Positions 22,360-35,264 of a stretch of DNA of 64,000 nt are shown here, piece by piece. Position 1 is the stretch's first letter; the number at the start of each line of letters is the position of its first letter. The position numbers and the translations under genes are program-made. The DNA lies in assembly GCA_003971905.1 (NCBI GenBank), contig RSEE01000013.1, positions 248,001-312,000 on the forward strand. Direction: 5' to 3'. Below the pieces are notes generated by a model. The model saw nothing but the letters and a program-made list of their open reading frames with translations. It was not told the origin of the DNA and did not search any database. Origin of the DNA: Moniliella sp. 'wahieum'. Its lineage: Eukaryota.

Positions 22360-23133
22360 TCACCGTAGTTCATTCCTTGCCCGCATCATCTCTTCGTGGG
22401 TCTTGATTACACTGGAACAGGGCAACGGCGGCAAGCTTTCTATAGGCCCTCCCGGGGAGTTCCATCCCAACGCTCCACTCACGGTCACAGTCCTGATGAT
22501 CCTGATATAGAGGCTCTTGATCTGGTCAAGAAGCAAGCGCACAGCCGTTTCGACTTCACCATTATTTTGGTCCTTATCCTCATCATCCCTGAGCGCAAGC
22601 TCAATCATCGTCGCTTTTCCGTCGGTCAGGGTAGCTGGGTCGATAAAGGTGAGGCACGATTGTTGTTGGCACGGTCCATTGCCGCGGTAGGAAGTCTTCA
22701 CCATCTCCACCATGTATTCGCGTACAGAGGGCGTGAATGGAGGAACGGGGCGTGAGGCGCAGCGAGCAACTCGGGCGGCAGGTACCGATCAAAGTAGCCG
22801 ATCGAGCAGAATACTTCGCCAGCATCCTCAATGCCCCCTTCGATTTCTCCGTTCTCGATGATGGTCAGGATACGGTGCCGCTGCTCGAGCGTTACAGGGA
22901 CCGTGAAGATGACAAGGAAAAGCAATCATATCCGTCGGGGTGGAACGACGAAGCATCAATGGGATCCGGGTCGTTGGAGACGATGATCAGGCCGTCCTCG
23001 CCGCCGTCACGAGCGCGCAGTAAGCTTTCGTATGATTCACGCACCTTGCCATTTATTCCCAGGTCGACGCGCCGGAAAGTGTGCTCGGGCACGCCGTTCG
23101 CTGCGGCGCGGAACTCGATGTCTCGGTGGTCAT
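22360..23133 (-). CDS. Hypothetical protein (orphan, about 230 aa, frameshifted, probable intron near 23045-22998)
   Basis: TATA-like CTATATAG/CATATATAG upstream. Three overlapping protein-like ORF pieces (22892-23092, 22698-22925, 22360-22713) can be joined by single-base shifts; GTGCGT donor present. Confidence 0.45.
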
Positions 23134-23931
23134 GGGGCGGTGCGTGTGTGTGTGCTGGTGGCGGCAGGGGGGAAAAGAGCTGAAGGCGGAACCCGAGAGA
23201 AGACAGGCTGTGGCCCTATATAGGAACAAGGGAAAGTGTGGAAGGGCGTTTTGCGGAGCAAACACAGGCGCAGCCATATATAGGCGCACGAAAGTGGAAC
23301 GATTTGGGTTAGCCGCTGAGGTTTAACCTTGTAACCAAGCCCCGTAAGTTGAGCCGGCGGTCCGAAGGCCATGTGCCCCACCTTCATGTCATGCCGGCTT
23401 GGTCCTCCCTCGCTCCCGCGCTATTATATCGGCGGACCTCGTCGGCCGGCTCCCCCCCCACACATGTTTTGAAAGCGCTCCCATTTGACCGACCCCGTAC
23501 CCGTAACTCCCAGGATATTCATTGTTGTCCAATTCCTTAATTTTATTTTCCTTTCGGGGCCTTGTTGGGACACTAGTGCGGTGTGCCAAAGGCATAGCCG
23601 GACTCTGGCGCTCCCAGCCACTTCAATCCAGCGGCTAGCTCGCTAGTTCCGCTCGGGCGGAAGTGTGGCTGGCCGACTGGTCTCCTTCTAGGAGCCCCGG
23701 CAGTCGTAGCTCTTAGTCTTCTCTCTTCTCTCCACTCCCTCCTCCTCCTCCCTCTCCGCTACTCTCTACTATCGCTCACCAGCAATCAATCCCTATCGTC
23801 TATTGACCCCAGTTCTTGATTGCTGTCTTGCTTGGCATCGGGATCCGGTCACATCAGCCCTCTCACACCGTTTATGTCGTTTGACTCATCATCGCATCCA
23901 GTGTCGTTTTCGGCTGTAATCGAGTGATCGA

Positions 23932-24041
23932 TGATCTCACCCATTTCCAACTTCCTCATGTCTCGAGCGTCTCGCTCTTTTCCTGTCCTTATGCTTCTCA
24001 CCATGTCCTCTGCACCCCCTTTTGCTTCTCTTCCCCACGAA
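23932..24041 (+). repeat. LTR fragment related to 21191-21398 and 25590-25759
   Basis: Shares exact GTCTCGAGCGTCTCGCTC (23960/25620) and CACCATGTCCTCTG with the 25.6-kb copy. Confidence 0.7.
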
Positions 24042-24651
24042 TTATAGACTTTATGTCACTGCAGTTGTTGGGGCTCAAAAAGGCGAGGGAGACCAGAGGC
24101 GAAAGTAGGGCGAGGAATGTAGCCAGACATGCATGATACATGCATGATGCATGCTGGCCATTTTTTAAGAATCTGGATGGAGTACCATTTCCAATACGTG
24201 TGACTTCGTTACCGCTCATTGCTACAGTTGGATCAACCCGCTAATAGCTTGGAGACTGCACATCGAATAGAGTGCACATTACCTTCCACAGCAACACCCT
24301 TCCTTTGCTCACAATATCCGATGAGCATACGAATCATGTGTTCCTGTAGACCAATCGCGTCGTGAAGATCCTCCGCGGACGGTACCGAGCTTCACTCCTA
24401 TCCCGGGCTCCGGGTCCGAAGGCTTAAGTTGCATACACGACAAAAGGAGGAAGGGGGGGTTTTGTGGTCATGAATACGAGAGGAAAAGAAGGGGGGGGCG
24501 TCGTCGTAAGAGCAAAAAGGCCATCCCCACACATTGCATCAGGTTCCAAAACACTATTAGAGGGAAAGAGGGCGAAATGAGTGGAGTAGGATCCACGGAA
24601 GCGTCTGGAATAGCCGCTTCTGTCCTCAGGCAATGGTGCCATACTGTCTCT

Positions 24652-25158
24652 CTAGTTAGCAACACTGTACACACAAAGCGCCCCACAGCACCATTTCCCA
24701 CTGCCGCCCCCGCCCCCCCACGAATCTGTTGTGTCTCGCCGGGGTGAACAGGGATGAAAAAACAAATAACTTACCGTTATTGTGCTCCCCGGTTTCTTGC
24801 CATTGGCCGTCGACGAGGCGGGTGACGTGGGAGTTGCGACAGCAGTGGGGCGGGTGGATATGCTGGTGCGGCGGCTGGAGCGCGGGCTGCCCATAGTGGC
24901 ACGAGCGGTGCGCGGCGAGCGCACGACTGTAGGCAACAATGGCTCGTACTTGCCCCTGCGGTAGACAAACCCGTGGGGCCGGTAGCGCTCGCATGCTTGC
25001 GTGTAGAGCCAGATGACATACAGTGCCCAAACGTGGCCCACGATGGGCAGAATTCTGGCTAAGGTGGACCAGGTCCAGATGCCGCGCACCCAACTTACTC
25101 CGCCAGGAGGACAGACGAGTGCAGCCAAGTACAGCACAACGGTCTGCCGCGTGAGCAT
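24652..25158 (-). CDS. Pmp3/UPF0057-like small membrane protein with a Ser/Thr-rich tail; 3' end uncertain (GTAAGT donor at about 24774)
   Basis: VVLYLAALVCPPGGVSWVRG...VGHVWALYVIW resembles the Pmp3 pattern (l..l.PPlaV...rG...G.ihAlyii). Confidence 0.5.
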   Translation of the reverse strand: MLTRQTVVLYLAALVCPPGGVSWVRGIWTWSTLARILPIVGHVWALYVIWLYTQACERYRPHGFVYRRGKYEPLLPTVVRSPRTARATMGSPRSSRRTSISTRPTAVATPTSPASSTANGKKPGSTITVSYLFFHPCSPRRDTTDSWGGGGGSGKWCCGALCVYSVAN

Positions 25159-25589
25159 GATGGTGTGGGTTCGAGGAGAGAGTGGGGAGTAATGAGCTGA
25201 AGGCTGAAGCTAGGGCTGAAGAGTGAGGCCAGTGAGGCTTGGAGCGCTTTTGGAGAGAGCTTGGCCCACCGGCTAAGGTGCTAAGTACCCCACAGCCCCA
25301 AAGCTAAACAAGAAGATCGCTGCGCTTATCCAGCCTCTCAATTTTTCATGACGGTCTCTCGATGGGGTGACCGCGATGTTCAAAGTTCACCAACGATCGA
25401 TCAGATCAGACCAAATCGAGGCCCGTGTGACCGAGAATACTAAGCCGAGAGAGTTGTGCTATATATGGAGTTGGTATCTTCATAAGATGTGCCAGCCACG
25501 TACTATATACGGCAGCGGCACGTACATACTAGTGGACGGGTTAAACGTTAACTGATCAGCATTCCATACCTCTACTGTCATCGTTTGGC

Positions 25590-25759
25590 TGATCTCGCTC
25601 CCATTTCCAATTTCTTTTCGTCTCGAGCGTCTCGCTCCTTCCCTGTTTTCTTCCACTTCGCACCATGTCCTCTGTTCTTGCTTCTTCTCCACGAACGATT
25701 GCTACACCCCTTGGCCTAGTCCGATTCTGGTCTCCCTCGCCTTAGCCCCGACTGTGACA
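25590..25759 (+). repeat. Solo-LTR fragment (3' part)
   Basis: Ends TGGTCTCCCTCGCCTTAGCCCCGACTGTGACA, versus TGGTCTCCCTCGTTTAGTCCCGACTGTTACA at 21368-21398. Confidence 0.75.
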
Positions 25760-26629
25760 TCTATCATTTCACTCTCTTCATGCTGCGATTATCTCCCTGG
25801 CCAGCAGGGGTGAGCGCTGAGCGGAGAGCGGAGCGGACAGAAAGTCGGTTGTGAGCAATCGCAGTACTCAGTACTAGACACCCAGCTTAAAGAAGGCGTG
25901 GAAACGAGCACCGGTGCCGATGAACGGTTCCGTCCCACCTTGGGCCGATGTTACCGCATGAGCAAGAGGATGCCAGGGGGAGCGCTGAACATTTCTAGGC
26001 TGCTCGGGCATCTTCTCGTTCCAGCCAACCGTGCCAGCTGAAGCACAGCGGAAAAGTGAGCTTTTAGAGCCATTGAAAGCAACAAACCGGACTAAGTAGT
26101 GGCAGAAGCGCCAACAGGCGAAGCATGCTTGGCAGCCCCAGCAGGGGATTTCGAGAAGCGCCAGCCGCGGAGGCCACCGTAACTACATAGCATCCAGTGT
26201 CCGTGCGAGGATTACGCATTACGAGCCGTCAGGGTGCGGGAAAGCGATCGCGGTAGCTAGACGGACAGCAGCTTCGCGATTTAGTAGAAAGGCCAGTGAC
26301 GCGAGTGGCGAAGGCGGCGAGCGGGCTAAAGCCGACCCACATCGCCATTCCTCACCACATGCCCTTTTCATGCCTTCCCCACACCTTGTTCCAAGCCAAC
26401 TTGGCACCATCTCATGACAACCCAGGCAAGCTATGATTCCCACGAGGATTGTCACATCACACCAAGGCACTACCGGATATTCTCTATGGGCAAGCAAGGC
26501 ATGGCGGCCTTGCATGTGGGAACGACCAGACAACTTCGCGGCCGGGGAGACCAGCTGACCTGAACATGATGAGATACACACGTACTTCGAACCAGGGCAA
26601 TGAGCAAGGAGAAAGCGAGGGACAGAGTA

Positions 26630-28256
26630 TTACGCGGCGGCTTGCACAGGCGCAGAGGTAGAATGGTCGTTGGCGGGCGTGGGGGTGTCCTCGGTGGACT
26701 TTTGGTTCTTGGCGGACTGAGTCGATTTGTCCTTGACATCCTTGTCGGTGGACGAACCTTGTGGACGCACCTTGCGGTCCATAGCCTGACCCATGGCCGA
26801 CGTGCGGAAAACGTAGCCGCGCGTCTTTTCAATCACGTCATTGTACATGGCCTGCGGCGGCTGGTTCATATACACCATCCGCTCCTTGAGGTCGATCTTG
26901 GCGTCCACGTTGGACTCCCGAATAAGGTTAACGACCCATTTCTCCCCCTCTTCAGGCGACAGGTTGAGGCGCGTGGACAGGTTAGTAATGTCAACGCGGT
27001 GATGAACTCCGCAGTACAGTTCCGACACGAGCAGCGAGCAGACTCAAGGAACTGCTCCTTGTGCTCCGCCAAGAAGAAGTCATTGTCCACCACGAGTTCG
27101 GCTTTAGCAAGCTCGGCCTGGGCCGCCTCAAAGTCAAAGTCGTCAAAGAGGACAAGGATGAATTTGAGGACTGGGTCCACCGGGCCCACAGGGCGAGGAC
27201 TCTCCCCGGGCAGAAGCGGGGCCGGGTCCTCAAGATCCTCCTCACGCCGGTCTTGTTCTGCGAGGAGCACCTTGACAAGCTCCCGCATCGCATTCTGCGT
27301 GTAGAGTTTCGTCGTGGCAGCACGATCGGCACCCGCCGCGGCCGAACCAGCCTGGAGCACATGGTATGCGCGAGTCGTCCGACGAGTCAAGACGAGAGCC
27401 ACCACCAAGTACCGCAACAACCACGGCACTGACGTTTGCACGGCGCTCAGGTAGGCGGGGGAGAAAAAGTGCTCCACCAGCAGCTCACGACCTTGAGGGT
27501 GGTTAAAGTAGACAAACAATGACCAGTGCAAGAGCCAGACCCGTTTCTTGAGCAACTGCTCATTCACCCCTTGTCCGGAGCTCAAACCAGTTGCAGCCCC
27601 ATCGAGCGTGTCGGCCAGGTGAGAGGCATTAGTGTAATCAGCGCTCACTGTCGCCCCAGCCCCTGCACCACTGTCAATCTGATCCCGTAGTAGCTTGAGC
27701 TCCACCAATGCATCGTCCCAGTTACCCAGGAGTGTATCAGCGGCCAGCTTGCCCCAGTAGGTCGACAGGGTCAAGGCCGGGTCTGTCGAGAAAACGCGGA
27801 AGTGGTAGAGGTAGCTGGAAGCGGCAGCGTAGTTACCCGAGCTGAACTGGAAGAAACCATAGCGATAAAGGGCATTGATGTTGTCGAGCGACAGCCCATG
27901 CTGCTGCTCTAGAACCCTCAGGTTGCGCTGCTTGTCGTTGGTTAGGTTGCTGAGCACAGTGGGGTCCTCAATGACCTTGATTGCAGGCCAACAGCAGCAT
28001 CAAGCTCCTTCTCCTTGGCCGCTACCGCCTCCTCAGACTTCTGGGCAGACTCAGGAAGGGACTGTCCAGGGTACGCAGCCTGGAAAAGCTCGTTGGCGAA
28101 CTGGGCCATGTCGGTGCCACGCGCAAGCTCGTATTGGGCTTTGGCCAGGTCGGCTTCGTTGAAGAGATCGGTGCTGCTGAGGAATTGAAGCATGGGGATG
28201 GCCAAGTGGCGGTCCACATGTTGCAGGAACTTGCCGGTCAGGTCGTACTCGGCCAT
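26630..28256 (-). CDS. INT6: Translation initiation factor eIF3 subunit E (Int6); frameshifts near 27985 and 27030
   Basis: [47 protein letters not shown], and PCI-domain [20 protein letters not shown]. Confidence 0.95.
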
Positions 28257-29366
28257 GTTGGGCAGGTGGGCAGCAACAAGCGACAGGAGGATGGGGAAAG
28301 AGGTGGTCGGTTGGTCGTGGTAGCCTGTCCAGGCAGCTGAAGGAGGGGCGGCGGGGGGGGGGAAAAAGGCGAAAAGGGAAGAATTTGCTGCAGGCACAGC
28401 GCCACTCTTCTGCGTTTTATACATTTCAATAACACTGAACCCTAACGCCTCCGCTTTACAGGGGGCACCAATGGGGCACCACCGATGAGGCCCCCACCGG
28501 CTCTGGACCAGCCCTTCGCTCCCTCGACGCGAGTGCGGTATATACTCAAGCAACTCTTCCTTGGCCTTGCCTTGCTCGAGCCGAATGTATTAGCAGGAGG
28601 ACATGGCATGAACGCAATGATGGGGCTACAAAGGAGACGTACAGCAAACGAATCCACTTAATATGCATCCACTGCCGTCGACTCTCCCCCAGCTCTCCCC
28701 CGCACTTTGGGGGGCGAAAAAAGATGCCTCCTCTTCCTTTCCGGACTTACTTTACTCCATACAACAAGGAGGTAACAGAGTTTCTCGGAGGGAGGATCAT
28801 GGCATCATGGAGCGGTAGAAGTCTAATCAGGAGCAACATATTCTCCGAAGATATGTTGGTGCCTGTGGGGGAAGGAACCAGAGTAAAAGGTTTGTTACCC
28901 GCTACCTGTTCTGTCTTCCCACTCCGCTAAAAGGGCTGGCGAGGGTTGCTGATCCACTTTGGGTCCAGTGCCTACCATAGGGTGAGGAGTGGCAACAACG
29001 GGTTGGATGAAGGAGGTCACGTTGGGCTACGCGTGTCACATGCCCACGGTCATGGGTCGGCGGCAGCCTGTGCTCCAGCAGCGCCGACTGTCAGGCGCAG
29101 GTACCCGAGCTGTCCCGTTGGAAAAGCACAGGGGAGAGCGTTCAAGTTGAAAGTTGAACGTTGACGCTGGACGCAACACTGGCGCCGTGGCACCCCCGGA
29201 ATGCGGTGTGCCGGAGCCGGCGCTTGTTCTTGGTCCGGCGGCCCGGCGAGCGCGGCATGGGTGTCAGAAGCGGCATGCGGCGGGGCGAGGATTGAATCCG
29301 CCCGCCTATTTAATCCCAGCTGGGGTGCCTGCCATCTGCCCCACCGTCTCCCCCGCCGCCGCCACC

Positions 29367-31211
29367 ATGGTCACCAACGCCGACATGTTCCGCCCTGCAC
29401 CCGGCGCCAGCCTCCCCGCCGGCCCGCTCTTCGAGGCGCAGTCTGCCCTGCCCCACCTGCCTGTCCCGCCGCTTGCCCAGACGCTGGAGCGCTACCTGGA
29501 AAGCACCACCCCCTTCACCACCACTCCCGAGCAGCGTGCGTTGACAGCCGAGGCCGTCCAGAGTGCCTTGACGGGCAAGGACAGCGCTCTGTTCAAGACG
29601 CTCCAAGAGCGGCTCGAGGCACGTGCGGCCAGCTCGGATAGTTGGCTGTCCGAGTGGTGGAACGAGGACGCCTACTTCGGCTACCGCGACTCACTCGTGC
29701 CCAACGTCAACTATTTCTACCACCACCAAAATGACCGCCTGCGCAAGGACAATGTTTCACGTGCTGCTTCGCTTCTCAAGGGGTTCCTTGCCTTCCGCCG
29801 CCTTGTCGAGTCCGGCACCCTTACCCCGAGAAGAACAAGACGGGCGCCCTTTGCTCAGCCTCGTACCAGTGGCTGTTCAACACCAGCCGTCTGCCCCACA
29901 AGCCGGTCGACTATGCTCAGAAGTACGACCCCAAGACCAACAACCATGTTGTTGTTCTTCGCAACGGAAAATATTTCACCTTCGACCTCGTTGACGCTTC
30001 TGGGGCCGAGTTGAGCGAGCAGGAGTTGCAAACCCAGCTTAAGCGCGTTCTTGCCCACCCGACGCTCAGACGAGGAGAAGTACCCCATTGGGGCATTGAC
30101 GGGGGAGAATCGGGACAAGTGGGCAGATGCGCGCGACGCTATTATGGCCTCATCCCCTCAGAACGCCAAGTCGTTGGAGATCATCCAGTCGGCAGTGATT
30201 GTTGTGTGCCTCGACTCTCTTGCCCCCGTTCTGACGAACGATGTGGCATGGGAGCTCTACTTTGGGCAGGGTGCCCGCAATCGTTTCTTTGACAAGCAGG
30301 AGCTTATCATCTTTGAGAATGGTGTGTCGGGGTACAATGGCGAGCACTCGACAATGGATGGCACCCCTACGCTCCGTATGAACGACTTTGTCCTGGCTGC
30401 ACTGGAGAGGCGGGCGGGTAGACATGGGCAAGGCGAACCGTCCGGCCAGCGAGTTGCCTGCGCCTCAGGCTGTACCATTCCAAATCAACGCTGCGGCTCA
30501 GGAGGCGATTCGTGGGGCGTTGGGCGACTTTGATGACGTGATGCGCCAGCACAGCTTGGGGTGGTGCAGGTCCATGCGTACGGAAAGGGCTTGATCAAAG
30601 CTTGCCGCACCTCTCCTGACGCTTGGTCCCAAATGGTGATCCAACTGGCCTACTACAAGTTGATGGGTCAGCCATGCGGGACATACGAATCGTGCCAGAC
30701 ACGCAAGTTCCTTTTGGGGCGCACTGAGGTCATCCGCACTGCCTCGGCTGAGAGCAAAGCCTTCTGCGAAGCGATTGAGGACCCCTCTGTGGCCGACGAG
30801 GTGGTCATGGCCAAGTTCCAAGAGGCGACCAAGCGGCATCTGAAGTACGCAAGTTGGGCCTCCAATGCCCAGGGGTGGATCGCCACCTGTACGGGCTGAA
30901 GAAGCTACTTGCTCCTGGGGAGGAACTGCCCGCACTTTACAGGGATCCACATTTTCCACATCTACAACCTGAAACTGTCCACCTCTCAAATCTCATCCCC
31001 TCGCCTGACCTGCTGGGGGTTCGGTGAGGTGACACCTGCCGGGTTTGGGGGGATACGCCATCAAGGAGGATCGTGACCTTTACTGTGATGAGTAAGGGAC
31101 CCACACCATCTCTTGGGTCACTACATTCAGCAAGCTGCGCTGGATGTGCGCGACCTTCACGCCCGCTTGGCCGCAAAGGCGGCCAAGGCGGCGCAAAAAG
31201 CCAAGGCGTAA
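29367..31211 (+). CDS. CAT2: Carnitine O-acetyltransferase (Cat2/AcuJ-like); several frameshifts
   Basis: LPHLPVPPLAQTLERYL, WLSEWW, NRFFDK, catalytic GEHSTMDG, SPDAWSQMVIQLAYY, TYESCQTRKFLLGRTEVIR. TATTTAA at about 29307; ends AKA*. Confidence 0.92.
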
Positions 31212-31617
31212 ACATCTGTGGGATGCCATTTGAACCCGCCTTTTGTAGAATGCTCTTATTTCTGTCCCCCTCTCAGTACTCAGTCAGTTGGCAATGCCCC
31301 TTTGGCCCTCCGGCAATGAATTAACGATGCTCAGAGCTGATGAAACCGCTGATACATATTGACAGTGCGTTTACTGTGCAAGGGTGCAAGTTGGTTTGGA
31401 GAAACAAGAAACACATGTACGTCATGCATCATACAAAGGTAGTATCCTGCCACTACGGTTCCGTACCGGGTTACGAAGCGCTTAGACGTCATCCAAGCCA
31501 GCGCATCCTTCATCCCAGACAGAGTCGCCTACTTCGAGATGAAACAGGGGCCGGGGTATCCGTTACCCTACTACAGAACGAGCATACGCACACATCCAAT
31601 CAATTGTCATGGCCACC

Positions 31618-34001
31618 TCAGAACGACCACAAATCCATCGGGTCCACTGGATCACGGAGAAACGCTTGAGCCCGCGCATCGTCTTGTTGGTGCGCCGTAC
31701 TCAGAGCACGTTCCACAGCCGAGTCCGAGACAAAGGCACGGTACGACTTTTGACCCGGCAGCTGAGCGGGCGGCAAGGAAAAGGTGACTGGTGGGGGGGC
31801 GGCTGTTTGCGCCGATGCTCGGGCGGCTTAACGATCGGTGCCACCTGCGCCTCAAACATCGTGGCATAGGTATTGTCCAAAAGTCATCCAGGTTGTATCG
31901 TTCCCTGACAAAAGGCTCGGCCAAGATACGGCTCAAGGTGGCCACCGAGTGGTGATAATGCGATTGGCCCCCCGTCCCAGCGGCGTGGGGTCCCATCCTT
32001 GGTTCTCAGCCGCGGCAAGGGAAGCGCCCAAAGCAGCCAGTTCCCAGAGCGATGAATCGATTGCGTTCGTCTTGGTGGGGTCAGGCTCGCGCGCATCGTA
32101 GGGATCCTCTACCCCCTGCGGACCCAAGGCAAGCCGGTCGATCGCTCCGTTCATATACTCCGAAGTGAAATTGCGGTGAATGAGCACCATGCACTTTTGG
32201 TGCCGTTTGAGCAACGTCCACACCAGCGGAATCACGCTCACTGCCGCCGCAGGAGGCGCACGGAGTGCAAGCCTTGACAAACGCTTGACAAACGATGCCA
32301 CCATGGTCGCCGGAAGTAGAGGCGAGGCCAAGAAAGTATCGAGCAAGCGGAGGAAACGAGCCCGGTAACGCATATGCAACACAGAAGTTGCAACTTTTTC
32401 TTGCCCCTCGGGGGTGCGCGTCGTGCCTCCGAGAAGACTGTATAGTTTGGTGTAAACGCCGGATAGTCCAGGTTGTGATAGGCGATCAGTGTGTAAAGCG
32501 CGTTGAGGGCCAGCAAACTTGTCGCCCCGCCTGCCTCAAGGGCAATGACGAGCCAGTCCAGCAACATGTTGGGGGTTGAGAGGTGGGGGAGAATCTGGAT
32601 GTGGAGACGGAGAAGCAGGTCGTGGGTCTGAGCCAAGGAAAGTCCCCCTCCGATAACTCGTCCTTGGTCCGACTTGGGCAAGAGCAACGCCAGCCAAGCA
32701 TTGGTGAACGCAATCACTTGCTGGGTGATCATATGGACCGAATCGTGGAACGGCATTCTGCTCAATTTGGGACGGGATCGCTTGTTAGCCCGTTCCGCCA
32801 CCTCTCCCAAGACAGCAGTGGAGCTGGGGCCGGTACGACGCTTCTTCCTTGTGCTCCTTTCTCTTCCACCTCCTCGTCCTCTGAATCGGAGAACCAATCA
32901 TCCAGAGCCTCGTCGTCCTCCAGCTCATCCCCATCTTCAGTAACTTGCGCTTGGCCTTCTTTCCCTTCTTGCCTTTTTTTAGCGAACCTGGGCGTGTGGC
33001 GAGTTCCGGTACTAAAAACGCATTCAGGTCCTCTTGCTTGTCTGGCACAGCAGTGAGAAGGATAAGGAGCTGGAGAGCATGGGAGCGCATGAGGTCGCTT
33101 TGCTGAAAGGCAATAGGGGTCTTGCCCAAAAAGTATCTGAGGGTCTCTCCAGGTTAGCACGTTCCAGAGGGTAGAAGGAGGTAGAAGACACATACGCCAT
33201 TTCCCTCAGTGTAGCGAAGCGAGCGTCGTCGTATTTCTCCAAGAGTTCGTCAAACCGCTTGCGAATGTCCTCAAACACAGGCCCACCAAATGCCATGAAA
33301 CTGGCACTGATGGTGCTCTCAGATTTAAAGTTCAGATCGGGAAGAGGGGCTGGTCCAAGCAGCAGAGCCTTGATAAATGCCCTCCATGGGGTAGGGCTCC
33401 ACTCCGGGGAGGCCGAGATGTCATGGCCAACCTTAGCAGCGCGTTGTTCAGCATTGGCTTGATTTGCTTGGTCAGGGCCGAGGTGGCCGCGACCTGAAGA
33501 GCGACCAGGCACTCAAACGCATCCTTCCGCACTTGTTCACCCACCAGCCCGTGTGGGTCATCAAACGAGAGGAGAGAGGTGAGAAGTAAAATGTACGAAT
33601 TCCATCGATCCTGAAGCCAGTGTGCTACCGCTGCACTAGCCGGGTCCTCCGTGATGCAGCCGGGCCAAGTGGTCGGTCTGCATCGAGTCTTTCAGAGCGC
33701 CGCCTTCGTCCACTTGGTAGCCCAAACGCAGACGTCCATCCCCCAAGAGCGCAAGGAACGAGCGTTGAAGGATTTGAACACCGGCATGAAGCGCTTTAAC
33801 CTGGGCTGGAACAGCGTCCCTGTCAGCCGTCTGGGCCATGCCACGGGCGAGGCGGAGGACGACATTGAGGAGCTCAGCAAGCGGGTTAAGGTCGGCGCCA
33901 GAAGCCAGCTGCGTTTGCAACTCAACCACCTCGGAAAGGTACCGGTTAGATTTCTTGGACTTCTTGGGCGCCTTGCCCTCCTGCAACACTGGGCGCTTCA
34001 T
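31618..34001 (-). CDS. NOC4: Nucleolar complex protein Noc4 (CBF/Mak21 domain); frameshifted
   Basis: GGATSLLALNALYTLI..HNLDYP, HMRYRARFLRLLDTFL..LVASFVKRLSRL-like, DPYDAREPDPTKTNAIDSSLWEL, YNLDDF(L)D, and C-terminal LWSF*. Confidence 0.92.
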
Positions 34002-34607
34002 GGTGGAGGTGGATGCGTCGCTGGGCAACTCGGCAAGCGGGCGAGCAACCTGCTCTGTTTGCGAGAGGGCTGGAGGCAAAAACAAAAAAATTAGACCGGG
34101 CGGAACAAGCGATCCATTCCGCCCGCTCCCTTCCCATTGCCCGTCGCGGTGAATGACTTGAGCACCTCATCCAGTCACGTGCCACTTGCTGCGATGGAAT
34201 TGATCTCATCGTTGCTTGCGGTTGCTGGACGTCTTACGGGCCATCGGTAGGTGTGCGACTCAAGCAATGCAAGTGTGGTAATGCATAATGGTGCATGGGT
34301 TAAGCCCGAGTGAATCTCTTTCTCAGTGCCTTTGACAACTCCCAACAGTCTGGGTGCGGCCCATACCAGTTCCCCGGATCAAACGATCGTATGTACGAGA
34401 CAAGAACAACACGTCCTAGCCTGTCGGACTTTGGGGGCCTGTACTCGCGGGTGGCTGACTTTCCGTTTCTGCCCCCTGGCCCAACCCAATCGACCATTAA
34501 CACCATCAGCAAGTTGAACGCATCCACCACGTCCCCATCGGACTCCATAATACAATACAATCTCTGCCTTCGACGAGAGGGAAGGGGGGAGGGGTAGGAA
34601 ATGGTTG

Positions 34608-35264
34608 TCAAGGCAACGACTCCTCCGAGGAGGAGTAATCCCGCGTCGAGTGTCGGGGAGGGCCACGTGTACTGGAATTGGGTCCATCGCGCATGGCCAA
34701 AAGTTCCTCATCGAAGGGAGAAAGCGTCCATAGCTTCCTCCAGCGCGTGACACTCGTCGTCCTTCTTCGCCGGGCTATCGACCGACATGGCGTCATCAGA
34801 GCCGGGGTAGGCACCAGTCTCCGACACTCCGTTTTTCGCACCGTTCAAGGAAGAATGTGCTTTGAGCTGTACCGCACTGCTCCCTCCTTCGCGCCGGGCC
34901 CGCTCGGGAGTCATACCCAAGCGTTCCAGGGCTACCACTTCATGCTCCATGCGCTCATACAGTAACCTAGTCCACAGGTCCGAGGTCAGATCGCTCCCAA
35001 TTCCACCACATTGTTCGATGGGGAAAACGTACGCGCGCTCGAGTCTCACTCTTTGGATTTTGCGCTTGAGGATGAGCGTCTTGGCATGCATCCGGTCGTT
35101 TTCGGCCTCCATATCGGCCACCTTGCGCTTCAACTCGCGGTACTTGGCGCGGTACTTGGTCGCATCCGAACTCACAGCGACACTCGATTGGTACGCTTTG
35201 GACTTTTGCCTCCTGTTCCCCCAGCGCCCGTTGATCGGGTCTGCTCGTTTGGTGCTGTAGACAT
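34608..35264 (-). CDS. INO80-complex subunit F / Nhp10-N-terminal-like coiled-coil protein; ends uncertain; intron about 35032-34969
   Basis: KYRAKYRELKRKVADMEAENDRMHAKTLILKRKIQRVRLERA|LLYERM coiled coil, with GTACGT donor and TAG acceptor. Confidence 0.6.

Noticed and set aside
31327..31405. CTGATGA...GAAA hammerhead-like core
   Set aside because: Stems I-III cannot be formed around the core motifs.
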